24,000 nt of DNA from Colibacter massiliensis. GTDB lineage: Bacteria; Bacillota; Negativicutes; Veillonellales; Megasphaeraceae. The stretch is taken from contig NZ_FMIY01000002.1 in assembly GCF_900095855.1 (NCBI RefSeq), positions 153,322 to 177,321 of the forward strand, read 5' to 3'. Of this stretch, positions 9,404 through 16,143 are shown piece after piece (the stretch's first letter is position 1; each line of letters opens with the position of its first letter). Under the pieces are notes generated by a model. That model was not told the DNA's origin and ran no database searches. It saw only the letters and a program-made list of their open reading frames with translations. The position numbers were made by a program, and so were the translations under genes.

Positions 9404-10099
9404 ATGAATAATGAAAAAATGGTAAATACGGTGAAAGAAAAGGCTGATAAAATTTTTACAAAACGAAATTTTAAACGGCTTGCCGCAGTGTTGGTCGTCT
9501 GCGCCATACCCCTGAGCGGCGGTGCATGGTACCAGTATCAACAGGAAGAAGCGTTAAAACAGGAAGTACGGCAGGCCAAAGCACAGATGGTCGCCAACCA
9601 GGCACAGCAGCGGGGCATGACCTTGATCAGCGAGGATCAGGTGAAGGAGATCACCGCTAAAACTGTCGGCGCGGACGGGAGCGGGATTGATTTCCGCAAG
9701 ATTGCTTTGAGCGATAAGAGCGGACATGGTGATAAAGAGAAGGATCACAAGAAAGAACATAAGGATAAAAAAGACAGATCACATGAAGAAAGGGAAAGAG
9801 ACGGCCGACATAAGGATAAGGTATTGCAGAATGAGCAAAGCGGTTCCGGACAAGGAATGCCCGCTTCACAGAATGCAGATACCCAAGCCGGACAGCTGCA
9901 GCCGCCGACACCGCCGCAGCCGGCAGACGGTCAGGCCGGACAACCGCAGCAAATGCCGGCAGGAGGTGTGCAATCTGCACCGGTTATTCAGGATTTCCTG
10001 CCGATCTATAAGGTCGACTGCAGAGTCGGCAACGTAAAATATGAACTCGCTATCGATGCCGTAACGGGCAATGTGCTTCGCTGCGAAGTGGATGACTAG
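9404..10099 (+). CDS. Membrane-anchored PepSY-domain protein with charged and P/Q-rich insert (231 aa)
   Basis: TM segment RLAAVLVVCAIPLSGGAWY; PepSY-like halves ISEDQVKEITAKTVGADGSGIDFRKIAL and PIYKVDCRVGNVKYELAIDAVTGNVL, separated by an H/K/D/E-rich then P/Q-rich segment; SD AAGGAGG. Confidence 0.75.
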   Translation: MNNEKMVNTVKEKADKIFTKRNFKRLAAVLVVCAIPLSGGAWYQYQQEEALKQEVRQAKAQMVANQAQQRGMTLISEDQVKEITAKTVGADGSGIDFRKIALSDKSGHGDKEKDHKKEHKDKKDRSHEERERDGRHKDKVLQNEQSGSGQGMPASQNADTQAGQLQPPTPPQPADGQAGQPQQMPAGGVQSAPVIQDFLPIYKVDCRVGNVKYELAIDAVTGNVLRCEVDD

Positions 10100-10122
10100 C
10101 GGCGAAGAAGCCGATACTACTC

Positions 10123-10176
10123 AAAAAGACAGGGGCACTCTTATCAGGTAATTGATGAGAGTGCCCCTGTCTTTTT
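10123..10176 (+). terminator. Intrinsic terminator after the PepSY gene
   Basis: AAAAAGACAGGGGCACTCT ... AGAGTGCCCCTGTCTTTTT, 19-bp perfect stem, T run. Confidence 0.9.
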
Positions 10177-10190
10177 GTCCTATAACCCTA

Positions 10191-10290
10191 TCCTGCCAAG
10201 TGCGGGTATGGGCGATGCATGTTATTCGTTCTCTGCGGCACGGCCTGATGTTCACGTATAAAACGCATCGCCTGTTGGGGGAACCGTTCA
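10191..10290 (+). repeat. Island repeat copy 1 (~100 bp, internal imperfect hairpin)
   Basis: TCCTGCCAAGTGCGGGTATGGGCGATGCATGTTATTCGTTCTCTGCGGCACGGCCTGATGTTCACGTATAAAACGCATCGCC...GAACCGTTC; hairpin arms 10210-10228 / 10255-10273. Confidence 0.9.
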
Positions 10291-10333
10291 GGCAGGTTTG
10301 TGCCTAACTGTTCCGGCGATTATAAATTAAATT

Positions 10334-10361
10334 TTGCAATGACTGTAAAATTGTGTATAAT
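10334..10361 (+). promoter_or_regulatory. Promoter for small plus-strand RNA (candidate antitoxin RNA)
   Basis: TTGCAA (10334-10339), 16-nt spacer, TATAAT (10356-10361). Confidence 0.7.
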
Positions 10362-10367
10362 ACAAAA

Positions 10368-10461
10368 AGAGACAGCAAGCGTTTCGTACCGCCAAGCTCG
10401 TCTCCAAAATTTAGAGATTTGAAAAAACGGCCCGGCGTTACGTTAATGTCGGGCCCGTTTT
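10368..10461 (+). ncRNA. Candidate type I antitoxin RNA (~95 nt)
   Basis: Begins after the TTGCAA/TATAAT promoter and ends at a strong bidirectional terminator. Hairpin with arms GAGAC (10369-10373) / GTCTC (10400-10404) holds ACCGCCAA (10388-10395), complementary to the toxin Shine-Dalgarno region. Confidence 0.65.
10422..10461. terminator. Bidirectional terminator shared by toxin mRNA (-) and antisense RNA (+)
   Basis: AAAAAACGGCCCGGCGTTACGTTAATGTCGGGCCCGTTTT: near-palindromic stem flanked by A and T runs. Confidence 0.8.
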
Positions 10462-10474
10462 CATGGGCTCGCTG

Positions 10475-10552
10475 TTAACGAGCTGCCATGATTATAGTGG
10501 CAACCAAGACACCGAAAGCTATCATCAAAGATAGTACTTTATAGATATCCAT
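10475..10552 (-). CDS. Putative holin-like type I toxin peptide, 25 aa
   Basis: MDIYKVLSLMIAFGVLVATIIMAAR*, resembling the small 'putative holin-like toxin' peptides (e.g. MSVYEALMLMIAFGTF..). SD GGCGGTG; extended -10 TGCTATACT on the minus strand (10613-10618 plus TG). Too short for the supplied ORF track. Confidence 0.7.
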   Translation of the reverse strand: MDIYKVLSLMIAFGVLVATIIMAAR

Positions 10553-10742
10553 AGCTATCACCGCCAATCCTTGGAGGATTGATGAGCCTGACACGCTTGC
10601 TATCTTATTGCAAGTATAGCATAGATCGGTTTTACCGAGTGGGATTTTAGCTGTTTCTAATCTGATTTTAATATATGCTGTTTTAAAATTGTTGCGTTTA
10701 TGATTATACCGATGAGGCCGAGTGACTTGTCGGTATTTTTTA

Positions 10743-10841
10743 TCCTGTCAAGTGCGTGTATGGGCGATGCATGTTATTCGGTCTCTGCAACACGGTCTGA
10801 TATTCACGTATAAAACGCATCGCCCGTCAGGGAAACCGTTC
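10743..10841 (+). repeat. Island repeat copy 2
   Basis: TCCTGTCAAGTGCGTGTATGGGCGATGCATGTTATTCGGTCTCTGCAACACGGTCTGATATTCACGTATAAAACGCATCGCCCGTCAGGGAAACCGTTC; hairpin arms 10762-10780 / 10807-10825. Confidence 0.9.
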
Positions 10842-10900
10842 CGAAGACGGCGTGCTGAACGTAAGAGCTGTCGTATTTTAATAGATTTTGATTATAAAAC

Positions 10901-11029
10901 AAAAGCCGGGCTACATTACTGTAACCCGGTTTCCTGTCAAGAATTTGGTAGGATGACATTCCTACATCTCCTAATTGGGTATAAACCCTCCGGCGACGGC
11001 TGCCTGTTCCGTCCTCAAATTCTTTTTAC
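10901..11029 (-). ncRNA. Orphan structured small RNA (cloverleaf-like) ending in an intrinsic terminator
   Basis: P1: AAGAATTTG / CAAATTCTT (plus-strand coordinates 11016-11024 and 10939-10947); internal hairpins GACGG/CCGTC, GGGT-TTAT-ACCC, GTAGGA/TCCTAC; terminator ACCGGGTTACAGTAATGTAGCCCGGCTTTTG (10901-10930). Confidence 0.65.
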
Positions 11030-11035
11030 AGTTAT

Positions 11036-11064
11036 AGTATACGAGTGTTAGAATTGTTTGTCAA
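11036..11064 (-). promoter_or_regulatory. Near-consensus sigma70-type promoter for the structured RNA
   Basis: Minus strand TTGACA (11059-11064), 17-nt spacer, TATACT (11036-11041). Confidence 0.8.
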
Positions 11065-11427
11065 ACCTTTTTTAATGTACCTTTGGCAATGAAGTTTTGT
11101 ACTCTGTTGCTGTTAAGTGTATAAATAGAGCGTGCAAAATATACGTTGCTTTTTGATTTCCGGACAGCAATCTTTACGAATTTTTCAGTGACAGGATCTT
11201 TTTTTTACATACTCAATAGAATTGTCTTTAGAATCTAAACGTACATAGTCCGGTTTCTCCAAAATCTCCGGGATGAATTTAGAATATGTAGCATAATCCT
11301 TAGGATGGCGGCTATTCATGTGAGCAGTATTTGTATCACCCAATAAAATGGGGGTATCAACAGGGCAAGAAAGGCCTAATACCTTAATTACCAATATGGA
11401 GATGCTACCGATTTGTTCAGTTGGCAA
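11061..11427 (-). pseudogene. PBECR-like (phage barnase/EndoU/colicin/RelE-like) nuclease domain protein, frameshifted at an A8 tract
   Basis: TTG start with SD AAAGGAG: MPTEQIGSISILVIKVLGLSCPVDTPILLGDTNTAHMNSRHPKDYATYSKFIPEILEKPDYVRLDSKDNSIEYVKK, then A8 (T8 at 11199-11206 on the + strand). The other frame continues DPVTEKFVKIAVRKSKSNVYFARSIYTLNSNRVQNFIAKGTLKKV* to 11061. HPxDYxxYxxxIPEIxxxPDYVxxxxKDNSIEYVK..VKIAVR..FARSIY is PBECR-like. Removing one A restores 121 aa. Confidence 0.7.
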
Positions 11428-11550
11428 AACTATCTCCTTTCTTACCGAGTATATTATTTTTGTCTCGACATGACTGCTTTGGACTATTTTATTTTTTATT
11501 ATACTATATGTAAAGGTATTTAGAGGAACAAATTTATGTAGTCGTGGTGT

Positions 11551-11648
11551 TCTGCCAAGTGCGGGTATGGGAGACGCATTTTATTCGTTCTCTGCGGCAC
11601 GGCCTGATGTTCACGTATAAAACGCGTCGCCCGTCAGGAGAACCGTTC
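11551..11648 (+). repeat. Island repeat copy 3
   Basis: TCTGCCAAGTGCGGGTATGGGAGACGCATTTTATTCGTTCTCTGCGGCACGGCCTGATGTTCACGTATAAAACGCGTCGCCCGTCAGGAGAACCGTTC; hairpin arms 11569-11587 / 11614-11632. Confidence 0.9.
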
Positions 11649-11720
11649 ATTCGCTTTGACTATCCTAAGAGCCCGCTTATTTGCTATAATGTCCATGTAT
11701 ATACTATGAGGAGGGATTGG

Positions 11721-12155
11721 ATGAAAAAGAGATTGCTTACGGCAGTGACGGTGTTTTCCGTTTGCGCATTTGCGGCCGGTGCGGGTACGCAGGTGCAGGC
11801 TTTCAGCCTCGGCAGCGTCATTAAAGGCGGCGCCATCGGCGTTGTCGTCGACAAATACGGTGATTCGATCAACAGCTTTTTGAATAAATTGTTAAAGCAA
11901 AATAATTTGGACACATCTTACGCGACCAAGGTCGTTCCCATTGTCAGCCTCGGCAAGGGCAGCCGCGTCGGCGCCGCTCAGGTGACGGGGCCTACGGCCG
12001 AGGTGGAACGGGTCAAGGCCGTCGCCCAGGTGGAGGGCAGCTTCAACAACATTGCCCGCGTCAAGGGCCTCGTCCCCGTAGACAGCGCGAATCCGAGCGG
12101 TGCGTCCCGTATTCAGGGAGTCGGCGTATCGGCCATTATCGATTTAAAAATTTAA
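11721..12155 (+). CDS. Hypothetical exported protein (144 aa)
   Basis: Signal peptide MKKRLLTAVTVFSVCAFAAGAGTQVQA; SD GAGGAGG; extended -10 TGCTATAAT at 11685-11690. Start corrected from the track's 11544. Confidence 0.8.
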   Translation: MKKRLLTAVTVFSVCAFAAGAGTQVQAFSLGSVIKGGAIGVVVDKYGDSINSFLNKLLKQNNLDTSYATKVVPIVSLGKGSRVGAAQVTGPTAEVERVKAVAQVEGSFNNIARVKGLVPVDSANPSGASRIQGVGVSAIIDLKI

Positions 12156-12190
12156 GTATCGCCCTTGCGGCGGACAATGAGGTGTGCAAG

Positions 12191-12742
12191 TTGGCAAAGA
12201 AATACTATGAACTTCACGTGGCGGGCTGCGTGCGGCAGCTTCCCATTCTCAACGTAACAGATACGCTCGCCATTGCGGGCTTCGTCATCTTGGGCGATAC
12301 GGAACTTACGCAAAAGACGGCACGGGAGCTGGTCAAAAAAATCCCGGCGCATACGGAAATTCTCATGACGGCGGAGACCAAGGGTATTCCTTTGGCGGCC
12401 GAGATGGCACGCCTTTTGGGAATGGACCGATACGTTGTGGCACGCAAGGATATTAAGGCGTACATGGAAAATCCCCTCATCGTCGAAGACAAGTCCATTA
12501 CGACAAAGGGCAAGCAGATTCTCTGTCTGACCGATACGGACGTGGCTCTTATTAAAGAAAAGAAGACCCTTCTCGTGGATGATGTAATCAGCACGGGCGG
12601 CTCCATGAAGGCCCTGGCGGAACTGGCCGGCAAGGCGGGTGCTGAGATCATAGGCCGGGCGGCCATCCTCGCCGAGGGAAATGCCTGTGAGAGAAACGAT
12701 ATTGTTTATTTGGAAACGTTGCCGCTTTTTAATGCGGAATAA
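12191..12742 (+). CDS. Phosphoribosyltransferase-family protein (adenine PRTase-like)
   Basis: PRPP-binding motif KKTLLVDDVISTGGSMKALAELAGKAGAEI; TTG start with SD GAGGTG (GTG at 12182 is an alternative). Confidence 0.85.
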   Translation: MAKKYYELHVAGCVRQLPILNVTDTLAIAGFVILGDTELTQKTARELVKKIPAHTEILMTAETKGIPLAAEMARLLGMDRYVVARKDIKAYMENPLIVEDKSITTKGKQILCLTDTDVALIKEKKTLLVDDVISTGGSMKALAELAGKAGAEIIGRAAILAEGNACERNDIVYLETLPLFNAE

Positions 12743-12761
12743 CGGCACGGAGAGGAAAAAG

Positions 12762-14267
12762 ATGAAATCATACAAAGCAAGACGTATCATCAGCGCCTTG
12801 GCGCTGAGCATGGTCATTACGGCCTGTGTGCAGGCTGAAGAAGGAGCAACGGCCTACGGCAGCGTACACAGAGAGATTTCTACGGTCTCGACGGAAACTT
12901 CAACCACGTCATATGAGACTCGTGAAAGTCATTCGGGGAAAGAAGCGCGCGTTTTTACAGGCGTCGGCGTAGGGGACGTGATCCTGCCGAACATGAAGTC
13001 CCACCGCATGCCCCGAGGCCTGACAAAGACTGTGCGCAGTTTTTACGGTAATTATAATGCCGGCATTTTGGCGAAGGTCAAAGACGGAGGCAAGTGGGGA
13101 CTCGTCGGAACGGACGGCTCCGTGCTGATCGCTCCGAAGTACAAGGAACTCGACTCCGCCGGAGTGCCCGGCATGTTTTGGGCGACGGAAAAGAAAACTC
13201 CCGTTCTCATCGACAAGAACGGCAATCCCTTGCCTGCAGGTACTTCTGCGCCGGCCGTACATGCAGACGGTGAAGATGATCTGACGCCTTTCAAAGAAAA
13301 AGGAAAGTACGGTTTTAAAGATAGTGCGGGCAATGTGAAGATAGGTCCCGTTTATAAAGAAGTCCTTGCCCCCTTCAGCGAAGGAATTGCCTTTGTGAAG
13401 AATGGTGACGGCAAGAAAGTTGCCGTCGATACGACAGGAAAGGAACTGTTTGCCGCCCCGTACGACGAGCTCTTCGCCTATCACGACGGCTTGGCCGAGT
13501 ATCGCCGGAATGTACATAAACTTAACTGGGGCGGCCTTGTCGGAATCGTTCTCGGCAATGTCGTAGGAGGCGGCGGTTACTACGGCATATATGACGATTA
13601 TTACGGCATATATAACGGTTTTACACTTTCTTATGACGGCGTTAAGCGCGGTTACATCGACCGGAGCGGCACTGTCGTCATCGACAGCAAGAATGATGAA
13701 GTATGGCCGATTACGGCATACGGCACTTTCGTCAAAAATAAAGGTAAACTCGGCTTTATGAATCGCAAGGGGGCATATATCATTGAGCCGGGGAATTATG
13801 ATATTGCTCCCGGGGTTTGGGATGATGCGGGAGGCCTTATCGCTATAAAAGACAAAGGAAAGGGGAAATATGCCGTCTTCAATCTTATCGACGGGATGCA
13901 GATGTCCCCGTTCGCCTATGACAACATTACGTTCCACGGCTCGAACCGAATCGTTTTGACGAAAAACAAGAGAAAACTTTTTGTTGATGAAGAGACGGGG
14001 ACGATTATTGCGGAATATCCGGAAAAGTCGGAGATAGGTCTTTTCGGTGTCGAAAAGTATGCGTGGCTGGTTGATGAAAAAGGAATTTATCACATTATCG
14101 ATACGGAAGGTACTGTCCTTTACAGCGCGCAGCCGGGCAGTCTGACGGCGGCAATGCCGTTCCTGAACGGTGTAACTGTCGTTAAGTCGAAGGGCGTTTA
14201 CGGTATTATGGACAGTAAGGGTAATTGGATCGTCAAACCGGCGTATAAAGAAATAAAATTTCTGTAA
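12762..14267 (+). CDS. Exported WG-repeat protein (501 aa)
   Basis: Signal peptide, then repeats such as KDGGKWGLVGTDGSVLIAPKYKEL, KGKYGFKDSAGNVKIGPVYKEV, KGKLGFMNRKGAYIIEPGNYDI, KGVYGIMDSKGNWIVKPAYKEI. Confidence 0.85.
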   Translation: MKSYKARRIISALALSMVITACVQAEEGATAYGSVHREISTVSTETSTTSYETRESHSGKEARVFTGVGVGDVILPNMKSHRMPRGLTKTVRSFYGNYNAGILAKVKDGGKWGLVGTDGSVLIAPKYKELDSAGVPGMFWATEKKTPVLIDKNGNPLPAGTSAPAVHADGEDDLTPFKEKGKYGFKDSAGNVKIGPVYKEVLAPFSEGIAFVKNGDGKKVAVDTTGKELFAAPYDELFAYHDGLAEYRRNVHKLNWGGLVGIVLGNVVGGGGYYGIYDDYYGIYNGFTLSYDGVKRGYIDRSGTVVIDSKNDEVWPITAYGTFVKNKGKLGFMNRKGAYIIEPGNYDIAPGVWDDAGGLIAIKDKGKGKYAVFNLIDGMQMSPFAYDNITFHGSNRIVLTKNKRKLFVDEETGTIIAEYPEKSEIGLFGVEKYAWLVDEKGIYHIIDTEGTVLYSAQPGSLTAAMPFLNGVTVVKSKGVYGIMDSKGNWIVKPAYKEIKFL

Positions 14268-14279
14268 AGAAGTGATACG

Positions 14280-14984
14280 ATGAAAGCACTGTCCATGGAT
14301 GATATAGAACGGCTGACACGTCTTTCCCGCGGTGAACGGGAAGGACTTGATCTTGCCGAGTCGCGCCTTGTCGATCTCGATCTGTCGGGACGGGATTTGT
14401 CGGGCCTCAAGCTGGACTGGTCCGATTTGGAGCGGGTGTGCTTCGACGGCGCCGACTGCACGGCCATGAGTCTTGCCAATACACGCTGTGTCGACTGCAC
14501 CTTTGTCGGTGCCGACCTGCGCGATGCCGACCTCAAAGGCGCCGCCTTGCGCGGCTGCGATTTGCACGACGCTCATATCGAGGGTGCCGACTTATATGAA
14601 GCCAACTTGGAAGGAGCGCGCCTCGACGGTATCACGGATGATGAAAATACAAAATTCTTTCGCCTTTACTGCCCGGAAAAGGGTGCCTTTATAGGCTATA
14701 AGAAGTGCTTCAACGACCTCCTCGTGCAGATCCTTATCCCCGCCGATGCGAAGCGTACGTCCGCGACGGCCCGATCGTGCCGCTGCAACAAGGCCAAGGT
14801 GCTCAGTATCAAGAGCTTTGACGGCAAGACGGCTTATAAAGATGCCATGTCTCTCGTCGACCCGCACTTTATTTATCGTGTCGGCCGGTGGGTGGAAGTG
14901 AAGAATTTTAATGAAGACCGTTGGCACGATTCGACGACGGGCATTCATTACTGGCTGACGCCGGAAGAAGCGATGGCGTACTAG
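14280..14984 (+). CDS. Pentapeptide-repeat protein with C-terminal DUF5758-like domain
   Basis: Repeats LDLSGRDLSGLKLDWSDL..CTFVGADLRDADLKGAALRGCDLHDAHIEGADLYEANLEGARLDG, followed by a non-repeat C-terminus with KCFNDLLVQILIPADAKRTSATARSCRCNKAKVLSI. Confidence 0.85.
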   Translation: MKALSMDDIERLTRLSRGEREGLDLAESRLVDLDLSGRDLSGLKLDWSDLERVCFDGADCTAMSLANTRCVDCTFVGADLRDADLKGAALRGCDLHDAHIEGADLYEANLEGARLDGITDDENTKFFRLYCPEKGAFIGYKKCFNDLLVQILIPADAKRTSATARSCRCNKAKVLSIKSFDGKTAYKDAMSLVDPHFIYRVGRWVEVKNFNEDRWHDSTTGIHYWLTPEEAMAY

Positions 14985-15007
14985 AGAGACGGCAGGAGGA
15001 AAAACGG

Positions 15008-15415
15008 ATGCATATTATAGCGGCAGTAGATGACAGGATGGGCATGCTCTTTAACGGCCGCCGGCAGAGCCGGGACCGGGTTATGAATGAGCGGATTGCA
15101 GTCGTGTGCGGCGGTGAACTGTGGATCGCCCCTTGTTCGGCGGAGCTCTTCGACGGCTGTGATATTATGCTGCACGAGGAAGAAAATTTTTTGGTCGAAG
15201 CCAACCGGGGCGCCTATTGCTTCGTCGAGGCGGCGTCGCTGCTCCCCTTGGCGGATGCCGTCGACTCGGTCACGCTCTACAAGTGGAACCGCACTTATCC
15301 GGGCGATTTTTACTTCGACCTGCCTGTCGGCGAAGCGCCGTGGTACCTGGCGGAAAGCTGCGACTTCGTCGGCTCTTCGCACGATAAGATTACGGAAGAG
15401 GTGTATAAGCGATGA
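15008..15415 (+). CDS. Small conserved protein coupled to the downstream nuclease (135 aa)
   Basis: MHIIAAVDDRMGMLFNGRRQSRDRVMNERI..LYKWNRTYPGDFYFDLP..FVGSSHDKITEEVYKR; SD AGGAGGA; stop overlaps next start (ATGA). Start corrected from the track's 14921. Confidence 0.8.
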   Translation: MHIIAAVDDRMGMLFNGRRQSRDRVMNERIAVVCGGELWIAPCSAELFDGCDIMLHEEENFLVEANRGAYCFVEAASLLPLADAVDSVTLYKWNRTYPGDFYFDLPVGEAPWYLAESCDFVGSSHDKITEEVYKR

Positions 15416-16143
15416 GTGCGATGTGCAAACGGCTTGCCCTCGTTATTGTCGCAATTTGCGCCCTTGCAGTGTCGGCTTGCGGCAAGCCTGCCGATACGGC
15501 ATCTGCGCCGGCACTTCAAAGTGCACGGACCGAGCGGGGACGAAACGTCGTCGACCTTGCATCCGTACCGGCCTTTAACGGCAGGCCGTACGTCGTCATT
15601 AACAACAATGAGCCGTCCTTTACGAAAGAAGACATGACGACGACGTCCGTCGAGCGCTACAGTGACCTCGATCCCCTCGGACGCTGCGGTCCGGCCTTTG
15701 CCGACATCGGCACGGATCTCATGCCCACTAAGAAGCGCGGCCCTATCGGCTCCGTCAAGCCGTCGGGCTGGCAGACCGTCAAGTACGACAACGTCGACGG
15801 CAAGTACCTTTACAACCGCTGCCATCTTATCGGTTACCAGCTGACGGCGGAAAACGCCAATCCGAAAAACTTAATCACCGGTACACGTTATCTCAACGTG
15901 GAGGGCATGCTGCCCTTTGAGAATATGGTCGCCGACTATATCAAGGAAACGCACCGTCACGTACTCTATCGTGTGACGCCCGTCTTTGAAGGGAAAAACC
16001 TCGTCGCTTCGGGCGTTCAGATGGAAGCTCTGTCCGTTGAAGACGACGGCGCCGGTATAAAATTTAATGTATATGTTTACAATCATCAACCGGGTATCGA
16101 AATTGATTATGCCACCGGTAAAAGTCATCGAATATCCGTATAG
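15412..16143 (+). CDS. DNA/RNA non-specific endonuclease, lipoprotein
   Basis: Lipobox LAVSACG; core YLYNRCHLIGYQLTAENANPKNLITGTRYLNVEGMLPFENMVADYI typical of DNA-entry/EndA-type nucleases. Confidence 0.9.
   Translation: MSAMCKRLALVIVAICALAVSACGKPADTASAPALQSARTERGRNVVDLASVPAFNGRPYVVINNNEPSFTKEDMTTTSVERYSDLDPLGRCGPAFADIGTDLMPTKKRGPIGSVKPSGWQTVKYDNVDGKYLYNRCHLIGYQLTAENANPKNLITGTRYLNVEGMLPFENMVADYIKETHRHVLYRVTPVFEGKNLVASGVQMEALSVEDDGAGIKFNVYVYNHQPGIEIDYATGKSHRISV

Noticed and set aside
10722-11051. 109-aa plus-strand ORF
   Set aside because: Runs through the repeat copy and antisense to the structured RNA; no SD or domain similarity, and the minus-strand promoter/terminator explain the region better.
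10191-11648. Island repeats as integron attC sites or a CRISPR array
   Set aside because: Same-orientation repeats around toxin modules look integron-like, but I could not place consistent RYYYAAC/GTTRRRY boxes and no integrase is visible. Spacing is hundreds of bp, too long for CRISPR, and there are no cas genes.
11544-12155. Track start at 11544 for the exported protein
   Set aside because: The first ~59 residues come from repeat copy 3 and intergenic sequence; the ATG at 11721 has a strong SD and begins a clean signal peptide.
12909-14576. 555-aa minus-strand ORF
   Set aside because: Antisense shadow of the WG-repeat and pentapeptide genes, which have clear repeats, SD sites and starts on the plus strand.
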